A stretch of DNA of 63,830 bases, filler included, from Chiloscyllium plagiosum (taxonomy: Eukaryota): the NCBI RefSeq assembly GCF_004010195.1. It is 5 parts of one record of this genome, joined end to end, with 100 filler letters (N's around TTAATTAATTAA, not from the genome) between each part and the next. Parts side by side here need not be neighbours in the genome. Positions count along the whole stretch, not along the records: positions 1 to 26,121 come from NC_057714.1; 4 more parts are not named here. One strand, written 5' to 3'. The notes under the pieces were generated by a model. It saw only the letters and a list, made by a program, of their open reading frames with translations. It did not search any database and had not been told where the DNA came from. Of this stretch, positions 1 through 11,287 are shown piece by piece. A program made the translations under genes and the position numbers. Every line of letters starts with the position of its first letter. The first letter of the stretch is position 1.

Positions 1-157
1 TGCCCCTCCCCCAAGTCCCTCCTCCCTACCTTTTATCTTAGCCTGCTGGACACACTTTCCTCATTCCTGAAAAAGGGCTTATGCCCGAAACGTCGATTCT
101 CCTGTTCCTTGGATGCTGCCTGACCTGCTGCGCTTTTCCAGCAACACATTTTCAGCT
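1..157 (+). mobile_element. Penelope-like element (PLE) family A 3' terminal fragment with mutated hammerhead motif
   Basis: Same sequence as 9218-9386. The core reads CTGAAAA-A-GGGC-TTAT-GCCC-GAAA-CGTC, with the G of CTGANGA replaced by A. Confidence 0.75.
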
Positions 158-2154
158 AATGAGAAGTATAAGCCATAGATCTCAATGCTTAGAACTGCAT
201 GGGGAATGCTACCTTTGGGAATGAGCAAAGAATCAGTATAAAAAAGAAAAGGAGACGAAGAAGAATAGATCAAATTGCCCCCAACAGAAGGTGCACCTCC
301 ACTTGCAGAATCTGCCAGCCACAGAGACTGGGCTAGCCATCAGCCAGCTTGCAACCAATAAACACAAATCTTGTTAAAATCTTTGATAGCAAAGGAATGC
401 CAAGATGTTGAACATTGCCCCTATATTTATAAACAAAAAATGGGGCTGCAAAAATAAACATTCAAAATTAATGCAAAGAACAGTTTCCTTCTGGCCACGA
501 AAGACACCTGCAGCCTGGTACCAGGAGAATCAACTTAAATGTTGATTGCGTGGGACTGCTGCAAACAACACTCTTCAATCCAGATCACCAAAGGAGAGAG
601 GGGGGAAACACTTGTAGAGAGTGCTGTCTGCAATCTCCATCATTGGAAAGTGGATGGTTACTCCAAGGTGCATCCAGGTGATGCAAAAAGGTGAGGGTGT
701 GAGCAGTGAGTTGCAGCAGCCCATACAGGAAACTCTTTGTTTTAAAGCCACAAAAGGAATTTCCTCGAAATGGCTCAGATTGTGGTCTGTACGATCCTGA
801 GGGAAGGTTCGGTTTCTGGGGTAAATGCCAAAGTCTAGTCAGGTAAGGATCTGGTGATCTGAGGTTCATGCAATCTCTCTCCATTTCTATCATCCAAATC
901 ATGGATAAGAACGGCTCCAACTTTTTCTTGAACCTCACCAGCATCTCGTGCAATAAGTACAACCGTTTCATTGTCTCATTTCTCAAATAGGATTGAAACC
1001 ACCCATTGACCCAACCTAACGTTGATAAACCTTGTAGGTAATTGCATTGCGAAATTTATTACGCTCTTTACAGCTTTGTGAACAGCACACTAAGTTGTGG
1101 CTGACTCTTCATCGTGAGCATGAGTGATCAGCTGGTGGACTCTTGTCAGTTGTCTGAAAATCAAAACCAACCACCGAAGAGAGCAATTAGTGTCTTGAAC
1201 TTAATGAGGTCTTTAAAGATATTCTGTATTTGATATTTTTTCTTATTTGTATGACAATGATGAATGGTGCTAATATTATGGTTCAGGGTTAGAATTTGAT
1301 GACTAGCCGTGAGGAATTTTATATAGGTGAGTTTGGTGAGAGGAAATAGATTTGGTGGAGTTAGACTTCCCAATTATAGTGGACTATTTGTCTGTACAAG
1401 TGTACTGAATAAGTTATTAATGTGCCATTGCTATTGCACCTGTTTCCTGTTCAAAGGATGTTGTTGTGCAGCATCAACGGCATTGTCATCCGGCTTTCTT
1501 ACTTTTTGTTTTAATGAATTACTGTCATTTATACTCGATAGTGAATAACACAGCAAAATCCAATGAAAAGCTTCAAATATTATTTGCAATCTTGTGCCAT
1601 TTTGAACTGTTTAAGAACAAAAAAAGATTAAAGCTGAAAGACAGTGCATCTTCGTTCTGCTACGTTCACCATGAATCCTGAGCCCTGAGCTGCTGACCAA
1701 TGATACCTGTGCTGCCACCTGCACCAGACTCACCAACTTTGGAGTCACCACTCTTCAGGGTGCTATCTCTTTGTTGCAAGGCCTACCTTGCTGACAGGGA
1801 GCCAATGCTCAACCCATGCTGAATCCACACGTGCCCACAACCAGGGATCCCACTGTTCTGCACTGCCGCTGCTTCTCCAAAAAAATCAAGAGTCCCAAGA
1901 AGATGGAGAAAAAGAAAAGACAATAAGAGAAGGAAGGAAGCGAATGATCTGGAGTGGACAGGCCCAGGAGCCTGCATGTTGTCTAGCTTATTGGTGCCAC
2001 CACCTTGGAATGCAGGCTTCCCCTGAGACCACTGCCACTTTTTTGATTGCTAAAATGTAAAATACAAACGCAACCATGTAATACTTTTTTAAAATAAACA
2101 CAGGACCAGACCCAATGGTTTACGCAATGCTTATCTGGTCTACATCTTGACTAA

Positions 2155-2250
2155 AATAAAAACAGAAATTGCTGGTGAAACTCAGCAGATCCGGCAGCAT
2201 CTGTGGGACAAAAACAGAGTTAACGTTTCAAGTCCAGTGACCCTTCATTT
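2155..2250 (-). mobile_element. PLE terminal fragment, third family (related decayed copies near 19170-19260, 53775-53900, 59280-59380)
   Basis: Shared GCTGG.GAAACTCAGCAG..CTGGCAGCATCTG block. Minus strand reads TGAAGGGTC-ACTG-GACTT-GAAACGTT, a truncated hammerhead-like core. Confidence 0.55.
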
Positions 2251-2269
2251 TGACTAGTTGCATGGGCGG

Positions 2270-2569
2270 TTAGATTAAGTTAGATTACTTGCAGTGTGAA
2301 AACAGGCCCTTCGGCCAACAAGTCCACACTGACCCTCCGAAGAGCAACCCACCCAGACCCATTCCCCTACATTTACACCTACACAACACTATGGGCAATT
2401 TAGCATGGCCCATTCACCTAACCTGCACATTTTTGGACTGTAGGAGGAAACCGGAGGAAATCCACGTAGACGCTGGGAGAATGTGTAAACTCCATACAGA
2501 CAGTTGCCTGAGGCAGGAATTGAACCCAGGTCTCTGGCACTGTGAGGCAGCAGTGCCACCGTGCCGCCC
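2270..2569 (-). mobile_element. HE1-like tRNA-derived V-SINE
   Basis: Minus strand: GGGCGGCACGGTGG head, B-box-like GGGTTCAATTCC, central V-like domain and (AATCT)n tail. Homologous copies at 18298, 27956, 39968 and 51100. Confidence 0.85.
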
Positions 2570-4679
2570 TCTACAAAAGCATAAGATTTTGGGAGTAGCA
2601 GGCATCTCATCACATCCAGTCCTTGTCTCTGCTGTTCAATTCAAACTCAAAGATTGGCATATAGAGAAATATCCCATCGCATTTCTTGGTATGATACAAA
2701 ACTATATGCAAATAACTAATGTATGACAAGAAAGTAGTCACGGATTTAGGGATCATAACCTAATGACATTCCAATATAAATGGCGTCGTATTTATAGCAT
2801 CTAATGCCATGGTTAGGTAATCAATAGTGTCTATAACTCAGGGAATCCATCAATTGTGAACAATTTAATGGGCCCATCATTTATCTATGCTGAAATAAAC
2901 ATACCTTCTGAAAACAGATCTTCAAGCTCAACGAGCTAACTTACTTATTTATTATCAACCTGAGCTACAAATCTTCTCAGAAATGTTGAAATAATGTTAA
3001 ATTGTGTAATTTGGGCTTCCCTGGTAATATAGGACTTAGCTAATTATCAACGTTTTCCTGTATTAAGTGGTCTGAAAAATGTTGTCTGTGACTCTCTGGA
3101 ATGAGTCTGCAGCATAATTGTTGACTTGGAAGATTAGTCATTTTGAGTAAAAGGATGTAATTTTTCTCTATTAAAATCATTGATTTATAGCATTTTAAAA
3201 ATTCCATGTAGAAAATAATTCCAATGAAAATGAGTTTGGATTTTTAAAAATTGTACACTAACAATTCTATAACATTCTTAATCCCTATGAGAATTATCTA
3301 AATCTTTTGCAGTATTAAATAACTGAAATTAAACAACATTTTTTTAATCAAGGCATGAAATTAAAGCACAACATACAACTCAGTATAATATTGTTTTCCT
3401 TACCTCCCGTGGTTTGAAAAATCCTTAACTTTATCACCACTTACACTATTAGACATGTTGCTAAGCAACTCTTGGCAACTACTGCCAAAGGACTGTGTTT
3501 TTCTTTTGGAGAGAATAACGATTAAGGTACTGTTCTCTGCTATTTGGAAACAGAATCTTACATAGCTACCAAATGTCCAAAAAAGAGCTGCAGACTGGTA
3601 AACGTTACGTTCATTATATAAGCCACAAAATTTTAGTACTATTGAGAAAACTCCTTAATTCAGTTCAAGGATTAACACTTTATTGGTAAATTTTGAAAGT
3701 ACAATTGCATTTTTAAAATTTCACTTCTGTAAAATTCCCTGGATTTTTATCCTAAAGACCTTAAAAATTCATTACGCTGTTGTTTACAACAACGACCAGT
3801 ACCCTATACCAAACAATTCAGAATATGTTAAGAAGATTCTCTACTTTCCATCACTGCTGAAAGCTTTGTGTTCTGGATTGGTGTATTTGAACCATTTGAA
3901 GTGTTTCATTAGTCTCACTGCCACCTGTCTTTCCTATTGATATAGTCTAAGTTACTAACACCAAGGGGGGAGGATGCCCCCATACAGTCTTTAATGGAAG
4001 AAAAGCTCAGTTTTATTGAAGAAAATAGTTTATTACATAGTACTTAGTAGCTAGTTATTAGATCGGAATTTATGATAGACTCTTGTGAGACCTGAAGTTA
4101 GTTGAATAAGTGTTTACACATTGTTGTTCTAGATTCCATGTAATGTGGACGCAGGTTTGCCCCTCTTAGGAAAAGCCCTATGTGTACCAATACACAGTTT
4201 ACCTCATGATGCAAAACTACCCTTTCAGGCACTAACATGCAACACAAGGAGTCAAATACAGAAAAGTAGAAAATAGGAGCAGGAGAAAGCCAGTCAGCCC
4301 TTCAAACTTGCTTAGTCATTCAATATGGCCATGGTTGAACATCCAATTCAGAACCCTACTCCTGCCTTCTCCCCATAGCCTTTCATCGCTGTAGCCATAG
4401 GAGCTATTTAGAATGAAATATTTGCAGATCTAGTGAGAAAGTGTCTCTAAGGCCATGATCAGATCAACTGTGGACTTAGTGAACGGCAGACCAGGCTCAA
4501 ATGGCCTTTTTCTGCTCCTATTTTTCATTTTGAAGAAGTATGTTCCTTCAAGTAAAAATAATTAGGAGGGCTGAATTTCACAGTTCAACTGTGGAGCCTT
4601 CTAAAAATACTATGCAGGACCTGATTCCCACCCTCATTCCCAGTGCTAGCAGTTGTTAAATCTTTTCTGCACCCTCTCA

Positions 4680-5143
4680 AATTTACAAGGATGTTGCTGG
4701 GATTGGAGAGTTTGAGCTGTCAGGAGAAGCAAAATAGGCTGGGGCTTTTTCCTCCCTGGAGAATGACGGGTGACCTTATAGAGCTTTATAATATCATGAG
4801 GGACATGGATACGGTGAATAGCCGAAGTCTTTTTCCTCAGGTGGGGGAGTCCAAAACTAGAGGACATAGGTTTAAGGTGAAAAGGGAAAGATCTTGAAAA
4901 GACCTGAAGGGTAACTTTTTCACGCAGAGAGTGGTCAGTGTATGGAACGAGGTACCAGAGAAGTGGTGAAGGTGGCTACAATTACAACATTTAAAAGACA
5001 CTTGGATGGGTATATGAATAGAAAGAGTTTAGAGGGTTATAGGCTAAATGATGGCAGATGGGACGAGGCATGATTGGGATGTCTGATCAGCACGGACAAG
5101 TCAGTGAAGGATCTGTTTCCCTGCTGCATGACTCTATGGCTCT
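4680..5143 (+). mobile_element. CR1-type LINE 3' fragment
   Basis: FTRMLLGLESLS...GDLIELYNIM...KTRGHRFKV (ORF2 C-terminus) followed by a GACTCTAT-type tail. Confidence 0.85.
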
Positions 5144-6399
5144 AAGATAAGGATATGGGTAGTGAGCTTACCTGCTGTACTACTGGCTGGTCAGTTTCAT
5201 TGTGGAGGAAGGCACTTAAAAATCCACTATTTTTGTGGGATTGTGTCAGGATTTCGAGGATACATGGTGCACAGCCCTCAGAGGAATTGAGAACTATGCT
5301 TAAATGTCTTGCCCATGACCTTCATGCTGTCTATACCCTATTCTTGCCCTCCATGCCACTCTTACTCCTTTATGGTCACCCTGCATTATTGTAGCCTATT
5401 CAGTCAGATGGCTGTAGAACCAGTGAGACCTATAATAACAATGGCAAGTCATGAAATTGCACGAAAACAACACAAATTCAGAAATCTGTTTTCAAAATAA
5501 ACTGCTGCTCTAATAAAAATGTCCATTGGACAGAGCCATTATAATATAAATAGCAGTTGCTTTACCCGCTTAACACTCTCAATCTTATCCAAATTATCAT
5601 AGATATCAAGAGAAGCAATTCAAGGAGAATAAAAAAAATTGTTATAACCTTGTAAGGATGATGTTCAATCCAAGCAAACATTTAATTTCCTCGAATAAAA
5701 ACAGACCTCTGCTGGGTTATTCTATAAATGGGAATTGGATCTCAGCTTCATTTGAAGAGTTGTTATACTTATATGGTCATTGCTTCTGTAATGCATGCTG
5801 AGTGATTTGCTATAGAGAGGGGATGAGGGCAGCATCGGTGGTGTAGAGGTGATATATTGTGGCATGGGGAGTGTGTGTGTGCAAAATGCAGTTTTAATAC
5901 AACTGAAACAAAGTCCCAAAAAAAACCAACATATCTTTTCTCCTCAGCCCTTACCCCTTCATAACTGTTTTGGCGATATCAGTCCCGATTCCATCATTCC
6001 CTACTTCTGCAAAATATGGGAGGCAGGGGCCTTTTTAAAGGAGACAGTCTTGCTGGGGCAAGAAATTCCTCTATTCAGGCATCCTGTCTTGATCGTAAAA
6101 ATCCAGGCCTTGGTTTCAATTACACTCACATACGTAAAGAAATATAAAACTTTAAATAACTTCTTTAGGGTTCTCTAGAGATTTTTCACTACTGTAAATA
6201 TTAAGAAAAAATAACCTGAACTTGACAAAACAGTTTATGATCTATAAATCGAATTATAAATTCAGTTCTAGCAGTTCCAGAATGAAGTTGCTCATCAGCA
6301 AAAAAGGAATTGTGAAAGTAAGTTTGAGTTTGATTTCTTGTTTTCACGTGTCCCGAGATTCAGTGAAAAGTAGTGTTTTGCATGCTATACCAAGCAACT

Positions 6400-6670
6400 T
6401 GATACAAAATATATCAAGGTAGCAGAACAGATTACAGATTACAGTGTTACAGTGCAGAGAGAGAGAGATCAACATTAACATCCAAGAGATGCATTCAAAA
6501 GTCTGATAATAGGGAAGAAGCTGTTCTTGAATCTGTTGTACATGTACTCAAACTTTTATATCTTCTGCCGGGTGGGAAGGGGTCTTTGATTATGTTGTTT
6601 CATTCCCAAGGCAGTAGGAAGTATAGATGGAATCAAGGGATGGAACATTGGTTTGCAAGATGGACTATGA
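6400..6670 (-). mobile_element. Decayed LINE 3' fragment (Rex1/Babar-like)
   Basis: Visibly homologous to 41450-41960 (TGTGCAGAGA.AGATC..., GAAGAAGCTGTTCTTGAATCTGTTG). Confidence 0.5.
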
Positions 6671-6829
6671 GAAGTACATCTAAATCGAGCATTATTAGGT
6701 CAACAACTAGATTTACTCAAAACATACTAAGAAGTATCCTTCTCACTCCCTCCTTGTAATTTTGAAGACTTAAAAAGAATTTTCAGAATATTTAGGATCA
6801 CTGATCACTCCCGTAAGGTTACACTTGAA

Positions 6830-7390
6830 TTAGAGGCAATGCATGAAGGTTCACTAGATTGGTTTCTAGGATGAGAGATAGCTTAAAAATGTGTTGCTGG
6901 AAAAGCGCAGCAGGTCAGGCAGCATCAAAGGAGCAGGAGAATCGATGTTTCAGGCATAAGCCCTTCTTCAGGAATCTCCTTTCTGGGATGAGAGAGTCAA
7001 CCTACTGTGAGAGGCTGAGTAACTTGAGTCTTCATTCTCTTGAGTTTAAAAGAATACAGTATTAGATGATTTATTGAAACATTTGATAATCTGAGGAGCT
7101 TGACAGGAAAGACATTGAGAGGTTGTTTCTACCACATGAGGACAGAGCCTCAGGAGGAGGGCTGATCCTTTAGTACTAACATCAGGACAGATTCTATCAC
7201 ATGAAAGGCAGTGAATCTTTGCAAGTCTCCTCTCCATTGTTGAATAATGTAATGTTGAGATTGACACATGTTTAGAATTTTGGCCCCTTAGGGAATTGAG
7301 GATTATGGTGAGCAGATAGGAAATCTGTGTTAAAGCCAATATTTTGCTATATGTTGAAAGGTCCGGCAAGCTTGAGGTGTTGTTTGGTCT
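6830..7390 (+). mobile_element. Old CR1 3' fragment interrupted by a minus-strand PLE-A fragment (6880-6976)
   Basis: Degenerate RFTRLVSRMR...YCERLSNLSLHSLEFKR. The insert is flanked by TTTCTAGGATGAGAGA and TTTCTGGGATGAGAGA. Confidence 0.7.
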
Positions 7391-8376
7391 CTTCCTGCAC
7401 CTATTTCTTATAAGACCTTAAATATAGGTCATTTAGCCCATTGAGTCTGCTCCACCATTAAATGACATCATGGTGGGTCAGATAGTTCTCAACTCCACTT
7501 CCTGTATTTTATCTGTAACCTTTGATTTTCTTAGTGGTTAAAAATCTGTCTATCTCGGCTTTGAATTTGTTTAATGTTCTTGTGCCAGTGAACTTTGCAA
7601 CTCAACTCCAAATCTTGAGTAATGTTTGCAGAATGTCAGTAGAAAGGTTGCTATTTAAAGTTATGGCAGAAAGCAAGCACGTGATGAAAATAAGGAATAG
7701 TAAAGCTAATGACAACCAACAATTATTTACATAGTTCACAAACACCACTTTATGGTGTTCACTTTTAGACCATCTCTTAAATTTTGTTAAACAACTAAAG
7801 TTTAAATTATTCATTGCTATATCACCTGCCATAATGAACTGAGATAATAAAAATGTTGGTTATTATGTACAGGAGAGCAGCTGCAAGCTTGCTTTAGTAA
7901 ATAATGTTTTTAGGGGTGGTCTGAATTAGCACTTTGAATGAAAGCTTCTGTGTTCAGGGTATTATTAATGTAGCAATTGTATCAGTATACTGCTGTTGGA
8001 GCTTCATTGTCAACTAGGAATGAAAGACTGTTATTTGTTGTACTGTGAAGAATACAGTCTTCACAGTAATACTTAAAAATAATCTAGATCTCTTTTAAAA
8101 AAAAAACACAAATTGAACAACCTTTTTGTTTTTCCTTACTGAACATTAGATACTGAAATGCACACACAAAAGCAATGAGATCAACATAGCACACACATGA
8201 AATGTTTATGCCAACATTGTACATGTGCTGTGTTATGTGACTGTTTTCTTCACAAAAAGTTGATACAATCATTCAAATCCCTTGTTCAAAGGCATACAGT
8301 GCCTGATTGAGCAACACAGCTAGAAGCCCTTTGCTGGCTAAGCTCTACTCCTGGAATTCTAGGAAGGGGAGGGCTT

Positions 8377-8607
8377 CCTCCAAACCAAAGGAGTAGCCAT
8401 GGGCACCAGCATGGGCCCCAGCTATGCCTGCCTCTTCGTAGGATATGTGGAACAGTCCATCTTCCGCAGCTACACTGGCACCATCCCCCACCTTTTCCTC
8501 CGCTACATCGATGACTGTATCGGCGCTGCCTCGTGCTCCCATGAGGAGGTTGAACAGTTCATCCACTTTACCAATACCTTCCACCCCGACCTCAAATTCA
8601 CCTGGAC
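8377..8607 (+). mobile_element. Penelope-like reverse transcriptase fragment
   Basis: QTKGVAMGTSMGPSYACLFVGYVEQ...FLRYIDD...HPDLKFTW, with the PLE RT motifs G.AMG.P and RYIDD. Runs into a gap. Confidence 0.9.
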
Positions 8608-8700
8608 NNNNNNNNNNNNNNNNNNNNNNNNNNNNNNNNNNNNNNNNNNNNNNNNNNNNNNNNNNNNNNNNNNNNNNNNNNNNNNNNNNNNNNNNNNNNN

Positions 8701-8915
8701 CTGATCATCTTATAAACCTCTGTCAAGTCACCCCTCATCCTTCGCCGTTCCAACGGGAAAAGGCCGAGAACTCTCAACCTATCCTCGTACGACTTATTCT
8801 CCATTCCAGGCAACATCCTGGTAAATCTTCTCTGCACCCTCTCCAAAGCTTCCACATCTTTCCTAAAGTGAGGCGACCAGAACTGCACACAGTACTCCAA
8901 CTGTGGCCTAACCAA
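8701..8915 (-). mobile_element. CR1 ORF2 fragment
   Basis: VRPQLEYCVQFWSPHFRKDVEALERVQRRFTRMLPG. Confidence 0.9.
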
Positions 8916-9217
8916 AGTCCTGAAGGTTCACGAGATATTATCATTATTTGAAACCTTGGACAGAAAGTGGACAGAACCATGAATAGTTTTACATTTGCTT
9001 GGTATTTCTGTACTGTGTATGTAAGAAAGAGGAGGCATTGTATTAGTTTTATTTTCAGGTTTTGTAAGTGGCATTGTACTATTGGAAATTTGTTTACAAG
9101 CATTTAAATCGAACTTTTAAAACTTCTTGAGCTGAACAGGGATAGGAATGAAAAATATCTTTGCAACTAGGCAAGGTATCCCAGACAGTAAGAGACAAAG
9201 ACAGATATGAAAGATCT

Positions 9218-9386
9218 GTCCCTACCTTTTATCTTAGCCTGCTGGACACACTTTCCTCATTCCTGAAGAAGGGCTTATGCCCGAAACGTCGATTCTCCTG
9301 TTCCTTGGATGCTGCCTGACCTGCTGCGCTTTTTCAGCAACACATTTTCAGCTCTGATCTCCAGCATCTGCAGCCCTCACTTTCTC
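9218..9386 (+). mobile_element. PLE family A 3' end
   Basis: Recurrent terminal block ending CTGATCTCCAGCATCTGCAG.CCTCACTTTCTC. Confidence 0.8.
9259..9294 (+). ncRNA. Minimal type-I hammerhead ribozyme motif (PLE family A)
   Basis: CTGAAGA (9263-9269), A, stem II GGGC/TTAT/GCCC, GAAA (9283-9286), palindromic ACGT stem III, putative cleavage after TC. Confidence 0.7.
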
Positions 9387-9947
9387 TCAATTTATTAAAA
9401 AGCAGCCAATATTTCAGGTCATGACCTTTCATCAATAGTTTGGTTTCACTGAATTTTTGGGAGGAAACTGTTCGCTTGTTTCTATAAATATTTTTAATTA
9501 AAATTTTCAAACCCACCTCAAGCAGTTGGGATCTGAACCCAAGTTGTTTTTTGGCCCAGAGGTTGGGTTACTATCACTGCACTACAAGATCCTTCACACA
9601 AATAGCAGAAAAAGGTATTTATTCATCAATCTCTATGACGGCATGCTCCTGCTGTGCCACTCTGCTGGAACACTTGTTTCTGTAATGACACATATATTTG
9701 CTTGATATATAAAATTATTATTGCAATTATTATTAAAGTTATTGCAATGCTTTATTGTTTGTTTTAGACAGGAAGAAAAAAAGTATTTCATGAATGCAGA
9801 AAGTACAAAGCGAGTAAACAGTGAATTAAGTATTTTTAAAGTGTAAGCAGTTTTGTAACATAGGAAATCAACATGTCCACAGAAAGATCTCACAACCTGC
9901 ACTCTTTATTGAAGCAATGCTGGGAGATTTTTATATGAACATATAAA

Positions 9948-10486
9948 TGTGATATTAAAGAGTTCATTTGCTTTGCTGACCTGCAAGAAATTGAATGCCC
10001 CGGGGGAAGGGTGGTGTGTCTTTGTCTTATAGGTGGAATGTGCGGTATACATTCCCAACCCCTGGCATTCAAGGATGATTTACACCATCATCATCCCCTA
10101 TTCAAAATCAATAAGCACATTATAGTTGGAATTCTGACTATTCCCTGTAGTTAAAAAAAATACAATTCACACCAGATCTGGCTATTAAGAGATGATTTGT
10201 ATTACATTGTTTCTGGAGATGAGGTGGTCACAGCATTGCATTTTGAGTGGCATGTGACTGTGAGGGAGTGAGTAGGGGTTGTCTTGTCGGCATTATTAAC
10301 TGTGATGTAAAGATTTTGTATAAAGGAAGGGCTGTTCCTTTGTTCAGAGACAGGCCCATAGACACAACTTGCAAGCATGGCGAAGAGTGTTCAGGGTTTC
10401 TCCAAAGCTTGTAATTGTATTGTGCTTCATAAAATTCGATTGTTGTTCACAGAAGTGTGTAAAAATCTCAGGAAAAAAAAACAATA
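9948..10486 (+). repeat. 5' LTR
   Basis: TG start, TATA-like GTATAAAG near 10318, collinear with 14052-14620 (about 9 mismatches in the first ~60 nt by eye). The end falls between 10483 and 10486. Confidence 0.85.
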
Positions 10487-10488
10487 TT

Positions 10489-10506
10489 TGGAGGCATTGG
10501 TCGGAT
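10489..10506 (+). promoter_or_regulatory. Primer binding site, tRNA-Thr-like
   Basis: TGGAGGCATTGGTCGGAT versus the recalled complement of the vertebrate tRNA-Thr(AGT) 3' end TGGAGGCACCGCTGGGAT (14/18). Lies a few nt after the LTR. Confidence 0.7.
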
Positions 10507-10559
10507 TCCAGCAAACACGAAGCTTCCAGGTGGACTGAATACTTGATCGTCTGAATCCC

Positions 10560-11287
10560 AGTTGTGTGAGATGGATAGACCCATGAGGTAAAATTTACAT
10601 TGATCTCTCTCTCTCTCTCTCTAAACTTAACACTCAATCGACCCCTCATCTCCCAGGACTCAGTGGTGATGGAATCTTTGAGGTATCCAGCACCCTTGCA
10701 CACCAACGAGTCACTTTGCACGAAGGTGGGTTTAATTGAGCTTCAAATCCCGTCAGTTTAAAAGGAGGTTAAAATCCCCTGGGTTTGATTGGGATTAGTG
10801 TCCCCTGGTGTTGTGCCGTTTCCCCCTCGGAGACATGGTATGGTTTTACCTCCTTCATCTTTATTCCGGACTTTGAAGGGAGAGAGAACGATTGCCCATG
10901 TGCACAGGGACATGAGTTCACTGTCTTCTCTGGAAAAGCAGTTTCTCAATGAACTATACATCGCTTTACAGAGAGGAGCTATCAATAGCAGAGACAAGCC
11001 CTTTTACTGTTATACAAAAAATATTCTTAACCTTGTTAACTGGATTCATATACTGGATACTTTTCCCCTTGTTAACTGACCTTGCATACTGAATGCTTCC
11101 AATATTGTTAAATGGCTCTACATAATGACTGCTTTTCCACCTTGTTAACCCATTACTCTGGCCAACAGCATAACATTGTTAACTACAAGTTCTTATCTGA
11201 TCTGAGTCATGCTCAGCTGCTCTCTTGTTTCACAAAACTCAGAAACTAACTCTTTCCCTGCCTGCTTATACCCTATACACATTCTCA
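10560..11287 (-). mobile_element. Probable solo LTR of a second family inserted in the leader of the 9948-14620 element
   Basis: Homologous to 39376-39930, with the same sharp boundary CACATTCTCA (TGAGAATGTG on minus) and ATTAAA on the minus strand. Left boundary approximate. Confidence 0.6.

Noticed and set aside
10551..10556. CTGAAT as TSD of the inner LTR (repeated at 11288-11293)
   Set aside because: It is not followed by a TG terminus, so the left boundary and TSD cannot be fixed.
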